From the sequence record LR756504.1: DNA of 64,000 nucleotides. One strand, written 5' to 3'. The translations under genes were made by a program, and so were the position numbers. The notes beneath the pieces are model-generated. The model saw nothing but the letters and a program-made list of their open reading frames with translations, did no database searches and was not told the origin of the DNA. This document shows, one piece after another, positions 9,010 through 18,390 of the stretch (the stretch's first letter is position 1; each line of letters opens with the position of its first letter).

Positions 9010-9368
9010 AAGAATAGGTTTTTAATATGTTCTGCTATAATTTCTTTTTCTTCTTCGGTGTAAGTACCTTTAACAATTTTTGAGAAATCTTTTAATGATT
9101 TGTAGTATTCATTCATTGTATTTGCAACTGCGCCTTGAGCTTTATGTTTCTCTGTAATTTCTGGAATTATTCTATCTACATTAATTGGGCAGATAAAATA
9201 TTTCTTATCATCGTAGAATCCTTGAATAGAAACTATTTTACCATCTTTAGCTGTATTAATTTTAGTGATAGTAAATTTCATTTTGGTTTGAAATTTTGTA
9301 TCGTATGTTTTACCTTCTTCTAAAGGTAGAGATACTTTAAAACTGAAGTTGTCTGTGAAGTTTTCCAA
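9006..9368 (-). CDS. Hypothetical protein
   Basis: 120-aa ORF in a minus-strand operon. Confidence 0.7.
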   Translation of the reverse strand: MENFTDNFSFKVSLPLEEGKTYDTKFQTKMKFTITKINTAKDGKIVSIQGFYDDKKYFICPINVDRIIPEITEKHKAQGAVANTMNEYYKSLKDFSKIVKGTYTEEEKEIIAEHIKNLFL

Positions 9369-9369
9369 G

Positions 9370-9750
9370 TTATTGTAATTTTATAATTAGTTCAACATCT
9401 TTATTTAGATAAGCTAATAGCATATTTTTAATTTTAGTATCATTTGTTATGGAATCATAAATGTTAACACCTGAACCACTTTCCATTGCTTCAATATCAT
9501 TTACTTCCCAACCATCTACGGAGAATTCTATTGATTTCAATTCTATTGATTCTTCTACACCACCATAAATTACAGATAATGTTTTTTTATTTTTGAAGTA
9601 TAGATAACGCTTATCTGGGTCAGAAATTTTATAAATAATTTTTAGAAAGTAATCCATAATTGGTGATACTACACCATCATCCGTTAAAATAGATAACATT
9701 TCATGTTCAAATCCAATTTTAACTAATACAATCTTACCATTTATATTCAT
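9370..9750 (-). CDS. Hypothetical early protein
   Basis: Host-type promoter 4 nt upstream of ATG. Confidence 0.75.
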   Translation of the reverse strand: MNINGKIVLVKIGFEHEMLSILTDDGVVSPIMDYFLKIIYKISDPDKRYLYFKNKKTLSVIYGGVEESIELKSIEFSVDGWEVNDIEAMESGSGVNIYDSITNDTKIKNMLLAYLNKDVELIIKLQ

Positions 9751-9754
9751 AATA

Positions 9755-9786
9755 CAAAAATAACATAATTTATCTAAATTTCCAAA
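9755..9786 (-). promoter_or_regulatory. Bacteroidota-type sigma70 promoter (-33/-7)
   Basis: TTTG-20 nt-TATTTTTG-tatt-ATG. Confidence 0.75.
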
Positions 9787-9810
9787 TAATGAAGCATTTT
9801 ATTTAAATTA

Positions 9811-9842
9811 TTTGTATTTGTCTACAAAAAATATTACCTTTG
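9811..9842 (+). promoter_or_regulatory. Bacteroidota-type sigma70 promoter (-33/-7)
   Basis: TTTG-20 nt-TACCTTTG-tatc-ATG. Confidence 0.75.
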
Positions 9843-9846
9843 TATC

Positions 9847-10419
9847 ATGTCAAATATTATAGAAGATAAAGATTATATATTGGTAAACATTGAAAACGCA
9901 AAATTCAATGTTGAAGGCATTTTAGAAAAAATGCTTGATAAATCTTATTTGAAATATAAAATTTTTAATAATAGATTTACTATCTTTTTTAAAGATGGTG
10001 GATTTTTTGGGCATGGTTTGAGTGAATTGATTAAGTATGCTGAAAATGATGGTACTTGGTATTCTAATACATGGAACTGTATTCTTGGTACAGAGCCATA
10101 TACAGGAAGATTGCGTTCTTTATATTATGATGAATTTGTATTTTTGCTTTCCGAAGATTTAATTCAATTTGATGATTTTGAGTTGTTGACTTCTGATGAT
10201 ATTTGGAAAAATTTTGATAATTATATTGAAGCTAAAGAAACTCCTTTCTTAAAATCTCTTATGGATTGTAAAAATAAAGCCGATTTAAGAAAGGAGTATA
10301 GAAAGCTTGTTATGGAATATCATCCTGATAAAACAGGTAGCGATAACGAGCAAATTAGACAAATTACAGCAACTTATTTGAGACTTGTAAAACAAGTTAA
10401 TAGTCTTAAAACATTTTAA
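9847..10419 (+). CDS. Protein with C-terminal J (DnaJ) domain
   Basis: DLRKEYRKLVMEYHPDKTG...IRQITATY; HPD motif. Confidence 0.85.
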   Translation: MSNIIEDKDYILVNIENAKFNVEGILEKMLDKSYLKYKIFNNRFTIFFKDGGFFGHGLSELIKYAENDGTWYSNTWNCILGTEPYTGRLRSLYYDEFVFLLSEDLIQFDDFELLTSDDIWKNFDNYIEAKETPFLKSLMDCKNKADLRKEYRKLVMEYHPDKTGSDNEQIRQITATYLRLVKQVNSLKTF

Positions 10420-10493
10420 TAAATATTACGAAATATATTGAAAAATTATGACATATACACCATTTATATAAAAAATATTTTATATATAGAAAT

Positions 10494-11081
10494 ATGAAGT
10501 TAAGTGAATATGCAAAGGAATTAGGAGTTAGTTATAGAACAGTTTTTAGATGGTTTCAAGAGAATAGACTACCAGATGATGTTATATCTAAACAAACACC
10601 ATCAGGAACAATAATAATTGAGAAGATTGTTGATAATTCTCATTTCGAACAAAAGAATATTTTTATTTATTGTAGGGTGTCATCTTACGAAAAAAAAGAT
10701 GATTTAAATAGACAAATAAAACGCTGTGAAGATTATTGTATATCTAGTGGTTATAAAATAACTAAAGTATTTAAAGAAATTGGTTCAGGTATGAATGATA
10801 ATAGAACACAATTAACAAAAATGTTAAATTCGAATCCAAATATAATAGTAATTGAAAATAAAGATAGAATTACAAGATTCGGATTTAATTATCTTAATTT
10901 ACTATTATCTAAAATGAATTGTAAAATAGACATTATAAATGTTGAAAATAATAATGAAAAGGATTTAAATAAAGATTTGATTTCAATTATATCATCTTTC
11001 TGTTGTAGATTGTATGGTATGAGGAAAGGTTATAATAAAGCAAAAAGTATTAAAGATAAAATTGAAAACAATAATATTTAA
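10494..11081 (+). CDS. tnpA: IS607 TnpA serine recombinase with N-terminal HTH
   Basis: MKLSEYAKELGVSYRTVFRWF HTH; IYCRVSS catalytic motif; ENKDRITRFGF; CCRLYGMR. Confidence 0.95.
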   Translation: MKLSEYAKELGVSYRTVFRWFQENRLPDDVISKQTPSGTIIIEKIVDNSHFEQKNIFIYCRVSSYEKKDDLNRQIKRCEDYCISSGYKITKVFKEIGSGMNDNRTQLTKMLNSNPNIIVIENKDRITRFGFNYLNLLLSKMNCKIDIINVENNNEKDLNKDLISIISSFCCRLYGMRKGYNKAKSIKDKIENNNI

Positions 11082-12489
11082 ACACAGATGTTCAGACGAT
11101 GATTTAAAAACATTAAAAATACTACAGCACCAGGGATCAATTGATTTCAGAAAATGTTATAATAATTTAGAATTATTAGATGATAAATTGTTCAAAGATA
11201 GTTTAAATATTAAATCATCAAAATTTAAAGAATATTTAAAGAAAGAAGTTATTTCTTTTTATGAAAGATATGTATCATCAAAAGAAAGAATTTTAGGAAA
11301 AATAAATGCACTAAGTAATAAAAAACTCAATGAACAAGAGTTTAAAAAATTAATTTTTCTTAAAAAGAGTTATAAATCTAAAATAGTTTTTGGTGGTAAA
11401 GTAAATATTTTAAGAAGAAATAAAAATTTAATAACCAACGAAGAATTTAAAAAATGTAGATTATACCCACTTACAATCTATGGTGAAACTAGTAGAAAGG
11501 GTAATAGATTCTTTAATTTTAAAGATATTTCAAATGGTAAAATATTGTTTAATTTAGAATCTACAAAAACAAAAATAGAATTATCTATTTCAAACAAAAA
11601 ACATTTGAAAGAATTAAAACTTCTACAACAATTGTCTGTTGATAAAAAAATTCCAATATCAGTTAAATTGACATATGATAAAATTTATTTATCGTATGAT
11701 GAATCGATTCTATACAATTCAAATTTTGATATAAGATTATTGACTAAATCTGCACCTATAGATAAGTTAGAAAGAAAAATATATTGGAAAAATGCATATA
11801 GAAACCATGACGAATTATTAAAAGAAGGTAAGTTGGAAAGATATTTATCAATTGATTTAAATCCTAATCAAATTGGTTTTGTGATAACCGATAAAAATTT
11901 AAACATTTTAGATAAAGGTTGTTTTGAAATAGAAAATAAGGTATCATCTAATAAAAGAAAATATGAATACTCAATTATCATAAAACAATTATTTTTAAAA
12001 ATTAATCATTTTAAATGTTCATATTTAGTTATGGAAGAACTTGAAAATATAGTTAAAGAAAATTATGGAAATGTAATTTCAAATCGAAAAATAAAAAATG
12101 AATGGAAATTAAACTATTTAAAGGATTTAATAAGGAGAAAATGTAATGAAACTAAAACAATTTTAATTAATGCAGCAGCTTATTATTCTTCATTTATAGG
12201 TAATTTAAGCTATAATCTATATGATCCTATAGCATCAGCTATGGAGTTGTGTAGACGTGGTATAAATAAATATATTAAAGGATTTAAAATAATTCCAGAA
12301 TTTAATTTAAACAATATTACAACTGACAAACTTTTACAGTTTAAGATAGATTATAATATAGATTTAAATTATATAAAAAATTATGTCGAATTATTTAAAT
12401 CTATCCGAAACAAGAGTTATCGGAGAAAGGATAAAACCTTTTCAAGCTTTTTACTTAGTAAAAACAGTCATGTTTGTCTATTTATTTAG
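11062..12489 (+). CDS. tnpB: TnpB-like RuvC RNA-guided nuclease lacking the CxxC zinc finger
   Basis: RuvC I SIDLNP, RuvC II VMEELE, RuvC III YDPIASAMEL; directly after tnpA. Confidence 0.8.
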   Translation: MKTIIFKHRCSDDDLKTLKILQHQGSIDFRKCYNNLELLDDKLFKDSLNIKSSKFKEYLKKEVISFYERYVSSKERILGKINALSNKKLNEQEFKKLIFLKKSYKSKIVFGGKVNILRRNKNLITNEEFKKCRLYPLTIYGETSRKGNRFFNFKDISNGKILFNLESTKTKIELSISNKKHLKELKLLQQLSVDKKIPISVKLTYDKIYLSYDESILYNSNFDIRLLTKSAPIDKLERKIYWKNAYRNHDELLKEGKLERYLSIDLNPNQIGFVITDKNLNILDKGCFEIENKVSSNKRKYEYSIIIKQLFLKINHFKCSYLVMEELENIVKENYGNVISNRKIKNEWKLNYLKDLIRRKCNETKTILINAAAYYSSFIGNLSYNLYDPIASAMELCRRGINKYIKGFKIIPEFNLNNITTDKLLQFKIDYNIDLNYIKNYVELFKSIRNKSYRRKDKTFSSFLLSKNSHVCLFI

Positions 12490-12500
12490 TAACTCTTTAA
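12350..12500 (+). ncRNA. Putative omegaRNA scaffold overlapping the tnpB 3' end
   Basis: Hairpins atagatttaaat/atttaaatctat (12358-12404), tccga/tcgga (12404-12424), tttttact/agtaaaaa (12448-12464); position typical of TnpB omegaRNA. Confidence 0.5.
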
Positions 12501-12745
12501 ATACTATAGCTTGTAGTTATTATAAATTGCTTTCTTGAATATACAGTAATTAATATAATTTTGTGAAAATTATATTTTTCTTTAAATGATTTTATTAGAA
12601 CTTTTCCGTTAAAATTATTTTTTATAAACTTTTCAAAGTCTGAAAAAGTAAAATAATAAGCATTATCCTCATACCATGGTGGTATAGCAGTTTTCATTTT
12701 TTGTTCCAATCTTGTGTGTAAAGCCTTTTTTATCTCTCTATCCAT
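12497..12745 (-). CDS. Hypothetical protein
   Basis: Class-2 promoter TAAACTTC-14 nt-TATAAT, 5 nt before ATG. Confidence 0.7.
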   Translation of the reverse strand: MDREIKKALHTRLEQKMKTAIPPWYEDNAYYFTFSDFEKFIKNNFNGKVLIKSFKEKYNFHKIILITVYSRKQFIITTSYSI

Positions 12746-12825
12746 ATCTAATTATACTCAAAATATTATAGAAGTTTAAAAACAGATATATAAATTGTGG
12801 AATGACTAAAAAATAATAATAAATT

Positions 12826-13272
12826 ATGCAAGAATATGAAATAAAAATACCTTTAAGTAATGATCAAAATGCTATTGGGTTAACTAGATTAGCTGATGTT
12901 ACCCATTTTATATGGTTACTTAAGTCAAACCAGGTTAAGTTATTAATCAAAAGACAATATCTTGATGTTGCTAAAAATCTTATAAAAGAAACTGATAAAG
13001 ACTTAGTAGCTGAAAATATCAATGTCGTAAATTCTTTAAGTCCATCTCTTGATATGTTAATAAGTAATGGTGTAGTAGTTAATGATTTATATGGTGAAGA
13101 TACATCTCTATTTCCTGGTGCAGTTGGTGAATATACATTATTTGTAAATATTAAAATAAAAGACATTGTACCTTCAGCTACAGGAGAAGTAGGCGATATG
13201 AAAGTTTCCGATTTAATTTCAATGGCTATACAACAACAAATAGCTGTTTCTGATAGTAGAGGAAATATGTAA
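12826..13272 (+). CDS. Hypothetical late protein
   Basis: 148-aa ORF; GATATATA upstream. Confidence 0.75.
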   Translation: MQEYEIKIPLSNDQNAIGLTRLADVTHFIWLLKSNQVKLLIKRQYLDVAKNLIKETDKDLVAENINVVNSLSPSLDMLISNGVVVNDLYGEDTSLFPGAVGEYTLFVNIKIKDIVPSATGEVGDMKVSDLISMAIQQQIAVSDSRGNM

Positions 13273-13277
13273 TAATA

Positions 13278-13688
13278 TTATTTAGCTATACTTTCATATA
13301 AAGAAGAATCAATATCCTCTTTCAAAGATTTTATTATTGAAAGAGGTATTTTAAATTCCATAGATTGAACAAATTTTATTAAGTATGCTTTAAATTTACT
13401 ATCAGTAAATTTACCACCACCTAAAATATATTGAGCATAAGCTTCTTTAATATGAAGATTTTCGAATTCCGATGTTCTGATATAATTTTCAATAACATGA
13501 AATTTATTAGATGGAATTATATCAAAGTGGATAACTAAAGAAGCTGTTAGTATCTCTTCTTGTTCTTTTTCGATTGAAGATAATTTAGAATTTTTATATG
13601 CTTTTTCTATTAAAGGAGTCATACCCAATTTGTTGGGCTTATCAAATAATTGGTCATATAGTATATCTAAAGGCTCTGTAAATTTCAT
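13278..13688 (-). CDS. Hypothetical protein
   Basis: ATGA-coupled to upstream gene. Confidence 0.75.
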   Translation of the reverse strand: MKFTEPLDILYDQLFDKPNKLGMTPLIEKAYKNSKLSSIEKEQEEILTASLVIHFDIIPSNKFHVIENYIRTSEFENLHIKEAYAQYILGGGKFTDSKFKAYLIKFVQSMEFKIPLSIIKSLKEDIDSSLYESIAK

Positions 13689-14317
13689 GAGTTGTGTTGC
13701 TTTATTTCATCTTCAGTAGATTGTAGAAATTCAATAATTTGTTTTCCTTTTGTTATAGTTGATATAACAGTAATGTATACGCCTTTTTCTATAGGTGCTA
13801 CATCTATAAGTAATTCATTTGGATAAATATTTATAATATTATCATTTGAAAATATACAGAGTGTAAATGATTTATCATCACAATCTTGAATTTGACCAAT
13901 AGATTTAACAACTATAGGTTCAGGTTTATAAAAGCCAAATATTCTAATCTGTCTTTCACTCAATTTATCAAAAGATGTATTAGGAAACCCTTTACCCATC
14001 TTTTTATTGTGTATTTCTTCCCAACCTTCTATGTATATTTTACCATAACTACTAACTTTTTTAACTTTAGCTGGTTTTGTTATATCAACTGTTTTTGGAT
14101 TAAATTTATCAACATAATATTTATGATATTTTGATTTTAATAAAATCATATCACCTTTACCAATTAAAGTATTAATCACAACTTTTTTATGTACTCTTTC
14201 GACTCTACTACTATCAGATAGATGTTGAGAATCAAAATTACTTCTTTGTACTCTTTCCACTTTATTATTAGCATAAAAAGATTCACCTTTTAATGCATCA
14301 CTCCAAGCATCACTCAT
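13685..14317 (-). CDS. Hypothetical late protein
   Basis: TAAATATATA 3 nt upstream of ATG. Confidence 0.75.
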   Translation of the reverse strand: MSDAWSDALKGESFYANNKVERVQRSNFDSQHLSDSSRVERVHKKVVINTLIGKGDMILLKSKYHKYYVDKFNPKTVDITKPAKVKKVSSYGKIYIEGWEEIHNKKMGKGFPNTSFDKLSERQIRIFGFYKPEPIVVKSIGQIQDCDDKSFTLCIFSNDNIINIYPNELLIDVAPIEKGVYITVISTITKGKQIIEFLQSTEDEIKQHNS

Positions 14318-14319
14318 TT

Positions 14320-14655
14320 TTATATATTTATCAAATAACTAAATGTAATATAACCTACTTCCATTTTCAATTGTTTGGAAATTTCTTCGCAAATATTAAA
14401 ACTTGGTTGAAGAATAATTCCAAAATAGTGTGATTCTGAGTTCTTCTTCAAATAATATTCTTTTTTATCAGTAAATTCTTCTATTGAAATTCTTGTTTCA
14501 AGAATTCTAAAATGATTAGATGATATTCGTTGACCATCAGCTTGAATTACTAATGGTGTCAACATGCCTTTAACATCAATTTCTTTTCCTCGCATCATTG
14601 CTACAACAATCTCTTTAGCAAATTCTGTTGAAGTTTGTATAGAAACATTTTTCAT
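14320..14655 (-). CDS. Hypothetical early protein (start revised to MKNVSIQ)
   Basis: TTTG-20 nt-TATATTTG at 14684-14715; the ORF-track start is TTG. Confidence 0.7.
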   Translation of the reverse strand: MKNVSIQTSTEFAKEIVVAMMRGKEIDVKGMLTPLVIQADGQRISSNHFRILETRISIEEFTDKKEYYLKKNSESHYFGIILQPSFNICEEISKQLKMEVGYITFSYLINI

Positions 14656-14777
14656 TTTTTTATGATTAAATATCAATTTAACCCAAATATAATTAAAAAT
14701 ATGATAATATGCAAAATTTTATATAAAAATATTATTTAATCAAAAAAATAATACATTTTCAGAATTATATATAACTT

Positions 14778-15518
14778 ATGAAATATTTAAAGCTTTTTGA
14801 AGATTATTCTAACCCCATGTTAGAACAACGTAAAGATATGTTATCATTACGTAATAATTTAGATACTTATTTTAAAGAACATCATCCAGAATTAAAAATT
14901 ACGTTTGATATAAGAGGTGAATATCCAGAAGAATATTTAGGTGATTATATAGAAATTACTAGTGCAGATATTAAAATGACATTATCAACGACACATGAAG
15001 GTAAAATATTTGCTGATTATGGTGATGAAGATGATAGAGAAATATTTGATAAAACTGATGTTGATAATATAATATTTATGATAGAAGAACAATTTCGTGT
15101 TAATGAAAATGTTTCAGATTGGGACGATGAAGAGGAAGAGGAAGATGATTTAAGCATTATGTTTGAAACCATAGAATTAGATGATGATGCTATAGAATAT
15201 GGCTTTGAAAATGGTTATATATTTCACATTGGTAAAATCATAGATTATTTATCTAAACACGGTATAAATGGTGTACAAGTGAAAGATTTTAAAGGTAAAT
15301 CTATTGATACCGCTATGGGTGGGACTGACATTATTATTACAATTAAAATTCCAACTACAGATAAAGAAACTTTAATTAAAATAAAAAATGACTTGGAAAG
15401 ATTTGAATATTTTGAATCAGTAAAAATTACTAAAAATAGTATTAAAATATCGTATTCTGCGGATTCTATTTTGGTATATTTTCAACCTGAGATTTTTCTA
15501 AATGAACACGATTTATAA
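14778..15518 (+). CDS. Putative virion-internal protein, two modules
   Basis: MKYLKLFEDY; internal VNENVSDWDDEEEEEDDL; TTATATATA 4 nt upstream. Confidence 0.6.
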   Translation: MKYLKLFEDYSNPMLEQRKDMLSLRNNLDTYFKEHHPELKITFDIRGEYPEEYLGDYIEITSADIKMTLSTTHEGKIFADYGDEDDREIFDKTDVDNIIFMIEEQFRVNENVSDWDDEEEEEDDLSIMFETIELDDDAIEYGFENGYIFHIGKIIDYLSKHGINGVQVKDFKGKSIDTAMGGTDIIITIKIPTTDKETLIKIKNDLERFEYFESVKITKNSIKISYSADSILVYFQPEIFLNEHDL

Positions 15519-15746
15519 TCCATTTTTAAGTATTCTAAGCTTTCTATTTAGAATACTAATTCTATCTTTGTTTCCAATCATTCTCCCACGAATATTTTCT
15601 CTATATCCATAAGAAGCTCCTTTAGCTATATTTAAATGAAAACTATCTGATATAAATTTTTCAGTTAATAGTTTAATCTCTTTATTAATACACTTAATTT
15701 CAGATATATTAATAATATGGTAATATAAATTAAGAATTTTTTTCAT
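15513..15746 (-). CDS. Hypothetical protein
   Basis: 77-aa ORF overlapping upstream gene. Confidence 0.65.
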   Translation of the reverse strand: MKKILNLYYHIINISEIKCINKEIKLLTEKFISDSFHLNIAKGASYGYRENIRGRMIGNKDRISILNRKLRILKNGL

Positions 15747-16032
15747 TTATTTTACTTATCCAATTTAATCTAACTTGTTCAACAAATACTCTAAATTTAG
15801 TATAATTTTCATTATATGCAAAATCAGAACCTTTTTTAACACCTTGAAATTCAAAATATTCAAAGAAGAATGAATCACACAATTTATCCAATCTTAGAAA
15901 AATTCCATGATTTGCATATGAACCATTATCAGGATTTATAAACCAATTATTAAAATTTGTCACATTAAATATCTCTTCTATACTTTTTATAGAAGTTTTA
16001 TTTTGTGATTTTTTAAACAGATTTTTAAACAT
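15730..16032 (-). CDS. Hypothetical early protein
   Basis: Host-type promoter 4 nt upstream. Confidence 0.75.
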   Translation of the reverse strand: MFKNLFKKSQNKTSIKSIEEIFNVTNFNNWFINPDNGSYANHGIFLRLDKLCDSFFFEYFEFQGVKKGSDFAYNENYTKFRVFVEQVRLNWISKINEKNS

Positions 16033-16036
16033 ATTA

Positions 16037-16068
16037 CAAATTTAACAAAAATAATAGATAAATCCAAA
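16037..16068 (-). promoter_or_regulatory. Bacteroidota-type sigma70 promoter
   Basis: TTTG-20 nt-TAAATTTG-taat-ATG. Confidence 0.75.
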
Positions 16069-16085
16069 AATATTTCAATTAAAGT

Positions 16086-16114
16086 TAAACTTTGAAATCA
16101 TTTTTCTATACAAT
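16086..16114 (+). promoter_or_regulatory. Class-2 promoter
   Basis: TAAACTTTG-14 nt-TACAAT. Confidence 0.5.
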
Positions 16115-16137
16115 AACAAATAAACTAACCTCCTTTT

Positions 16138-16584
16138 ATGAGTAAGAAAACAGAAAAATATTATCAGTGGAAAAAATTATATTACGAAAAACGTAGAGAA
16201 AATACCAATAATGGTAGAAAGAAATGGTTAGAACAAGATATAACTTTATTATTTGAATTTAAAGGTACTGATAGTGAATTGAGCAAAGTTCTTAATAGAA
16301 GTGTTCAATCTATACAAGTTAAACGTTCTAAAATAATTAAAGCAGAAGATTCGAATAAAGATATTAAAAAGAGTGAATATATTAATACATCATGCACACC
16401 AAGAAATTTATTTGATATTGATATAACCATACCACCTGTTGTCGCATATAGAATGGCAACAGAGACAGAAGATAATACCGCAGATGTACTAACAACAGAT
16501 GATGGTGAAATCGATTGGGTCCAAACTGAAGTAATTAATGAAAATGTAGATATAACAGAAGCTATAGAAGATAATAACGAATAA
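16138..16584 (+). CDS. Putative HTH (Myb-like) DNA-binding protein
   Basis: KWLEQDITLL...ELSKVLNRSVQSIQVKRSKI; acidic C-terminus. Confidence 0.55.
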   Translation: MSKKTEKYYQWKKLYYEKRRENTNNGRKKWLEQDITLLFEFKGTDSELSKVLNRSVQSIQVKRSKIIKAEDSNKDIKKSEYINTSCTPRNLFDIDITIPPVVAYRMATETEDNTADVLTTDDGEIDWVQTEVINENVDITEAIEDNNE

Positions 16585-16605
16585 TGTATTTAAAAAAATA
16601 ATACA

Positions 16606-16917
16606 ATGAAATTATATTGTAAAAGAGATAATACATTTAGAATTATGGAAGTAGAAAAACATGACAACGCACTTCATTTGTATGATTATTTAATTAGTGC
16701 TGATATTGTTTTTCAAAGATTGACATCTAAATTTTCTAAAGTTAATTATATAAGAATACTTAAATCGAGAGAATTTAATAGAAATGCACACATTTATGAA
16801 TATGAATTTTTAGAATACCTTAAAAGTATTTTATCAAACGAACATCATCAGGAAATATTAATAGTTTTCAATAAACCAAATAGAAAAGAAAGAATTCATA
16901 ATTTAAATTTATTATAA
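16606..16917 (+). CDS. Hypothetical protein with C-terminal RKERIHNL tag
   Basis: 103-aa ORF. Confidence 0.75.
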   Translation: MKLYCKRDNTFRIMEVEKHDNALHLYDYLISADIVFQRLTSKFSKVNYIRILKSREFNRNAHIYEYEFLEYLKSILSNEHHQEILIVFNKPNRKERIHNLNLL

Positions 16918-16919
16918 TA

Positions 16920-17249
16920 ATGGAAATATCAATAAAGAATAATTATGGTTATACATTAATTTTCAAAGCCGAAAATGTAAATGTGGAGGAAGATATTGAA
17001 GAACGAATATATTCTAAAAAAGAAGATGGTAAAACTGATTTTTCTAAAGTATCTATACGAGATATTAATACGGGTGTTTTAGAGCAGGTTACTAGAGTTT
17101 TATATGATATGATTTATTATAGAAAACGTGAGTTCGATAGTAGTTCATTGATTGAAAATCTTTTTGAAAAATTACCACAAGATGTAGCAAATAATTTAGC
17201 TATAAAATTAAAGCGTTCATATGAAATTGATTATTCAGAGGAGGAATAA
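16920..17249 (+). CDS. Hypothetical protein
   Basis: 109-aa ORF followed by a terminator. Confidence 0.75.
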   Translation: MEISIKNNYGYTLIFKAENVNVEEDIEERIYSKKEDGKTDFSKVSIRDINTGVLEQVTRVLYDMIYYRKREFDSSSLIENLFEKLPQDVANNLAIKLKRSYEIDYSEEE

Positions 17250-17258
17250 TTTAAGACT

Positions 17259-17286
17259 AAGCCTGATTAATCAAATCAGGCTTTTT
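17259..17286 (+). terminator. Intrinsic terminator
   Basis: aagcctgatt-aatca-aatcaggctt-ttt. Confidence 0.85.
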
Positions 17287-17340
17287 ATGAATGTATAATT
17301 TGTATCATTATACAAATAGATATGCAAAAAAGAATGGTTT

Positions 17341-17886
17341 TTAAACCATTCTTTTTTTAAAATTCCACTTTTCGTAGTGTGCTATGAAAATTTTAGCAAT
17401 GTTCTTAGCATCATCTATTCCTCTGTGGTGAGTGCCTTCAAATCTCAAACCCTCCATTCTAAGTGCTTTTTGAACACCTACGCCTTTTCCAAGTTTAAAC
17501 ATACTACCATGTTGATGTTTTAAGCTGATATGCTCTTCACACCAATCATAAGACATGCCATGAAGTATACAATCTTTAGTTAGTTGTGATTTATCATAAA
17601 ATCCCCAACTACATAGAGTGTAGCCTTCACCAATGAATTTAATAAATTCGGCACACACTACACCAAAATTCTCAGCATTGTCTACATCAATTTGTTTAAT
17701 TTTTGTTAAGTCTTTACAAAATTCTGTTAATAAAGGGTTCTCTACAGGTTTAACAAATCTTTGAAATTCTTCAATGATGTTGAGATTTTTGTCTATTTTC
17801 ACAGCACCAATCTCAATAATTTCGTTCCGAATTTTTTCTTTACCATCGGTACACGTAGCCTCTAAATCTATTACAATATAATTCAT
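17341..17886 (-). CDS. DEDDh 3'-5' exonuclease (ERI-1/KapD-like)
   Basis: ExoI IVIDLEATC, ExoII WGFYD, ExoIII HHRGIDDAKN; start revised to MNYIVIDLE. Confidence 0.9.
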   Translation of the reverse strand: MNYIVIDLEATCTDGKEKIRNEIIEIGAVKIDKNLNIIEEFQRFVKPVENPLLTEFCKDLTKIKQIDVDNAENFGVVCAEFIKFIGEGYTLCSWGFYDKSQLTKDCILHGMSYDWCEEHISLKHQHGSMFKLGKGVGVQKALRMEGLRFEGTHHRGIDDAKNIAKIFIAHYEKWNFKKRMV

Positions 17887-17911
17887 TTTGTTTAATTTAA
17901 GCAAATAATAA

Positions 17912-18145
17912 TTAATACCACTCAGGGAATTCTTTTTTAATGTGTTTAAATGCAACATGATTAGAAGGTACTATTTTAACTTTACCTTTAAATCCCATAT
18001 CATTTAGGTTTTGCCTAATATAAACTGGATATGCACCTGCTCTCATTAGAGTCCATATTTTCAACTCAGTGATATTAAGTCTTTTGGTATCAGTTCTTCT
18101 ACTGAGTGTTCTACCATTTAATATAACTTTAGTTGTTGGTCTCAT
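17912..18145 (-). CDS. Hypothetical early protein
   Basis: TTTG-20 nt-TAAATTTG at 18162-18193. Confidence 0.7.
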   Translation of the reverse strand: MRPTTKVILNGRTLSRRTDTKRLNITELKIWTLMRAGAYPVYIRQNLNDMGFKGKVKIVPSNHVAFKHIKKEFPEWY

Positions 18146-18200
18146 TTTTTATTTTTAAACACAAATTTAACAATAATTGTAGACAAATACAAATATTTTT

Positions 18201-18229
18201 AAAACTTTTTATTTCATTTTTACTATAAT
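18201..18229 (+). promoter_or_regulatory. Class-2 promoter
   Basis: AAAACTTTT-14 nt-TATAAT, ATG 5 nt later. Confidence 0.6.
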
Positions 18230-18234
18230 AAAAT

Positions 18235-18390
18235 ATGAAAGTTGTTATATTATCTGTAATATTGGGATTGTGTTTAAATGGATGTATAATATCTAGTAAT
18301 TCGCAGCTGCCTAATTCGGCATATAAAGTTAAAATAAAAAGACATAAGTCAGAAGAATATAAGAGATATTATTATGGAAAAGGAGTATAA
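18235..18390 (+). CDS. Small lipoprotein (not in ORF track)
   Basis: MKVVILSVILGLCLNGC signal peptide with LNG-C lipobox; 51 aa. Confidence 0.7.
   Translation: MKVVILSVILGLCLNGCIISSNSQLPNSAYKVKIKRHKSEEYKRYYYGKGV

Larger units (their letters stand above)
10420..12496 (+). mobile_element. IS607-family insertion sequence (ends approximate)
   Basis: Overlapping serine-recombinase tnpA and RuvC tnpB; exact termini not determined. Confidence 0.85.

Noticed and set aside
11062-12489. Cas12/CasPhi effector call
   Set aside because: No array nearby, and it overlaps an IS607 serine-recombinase gene, which fits TnpB
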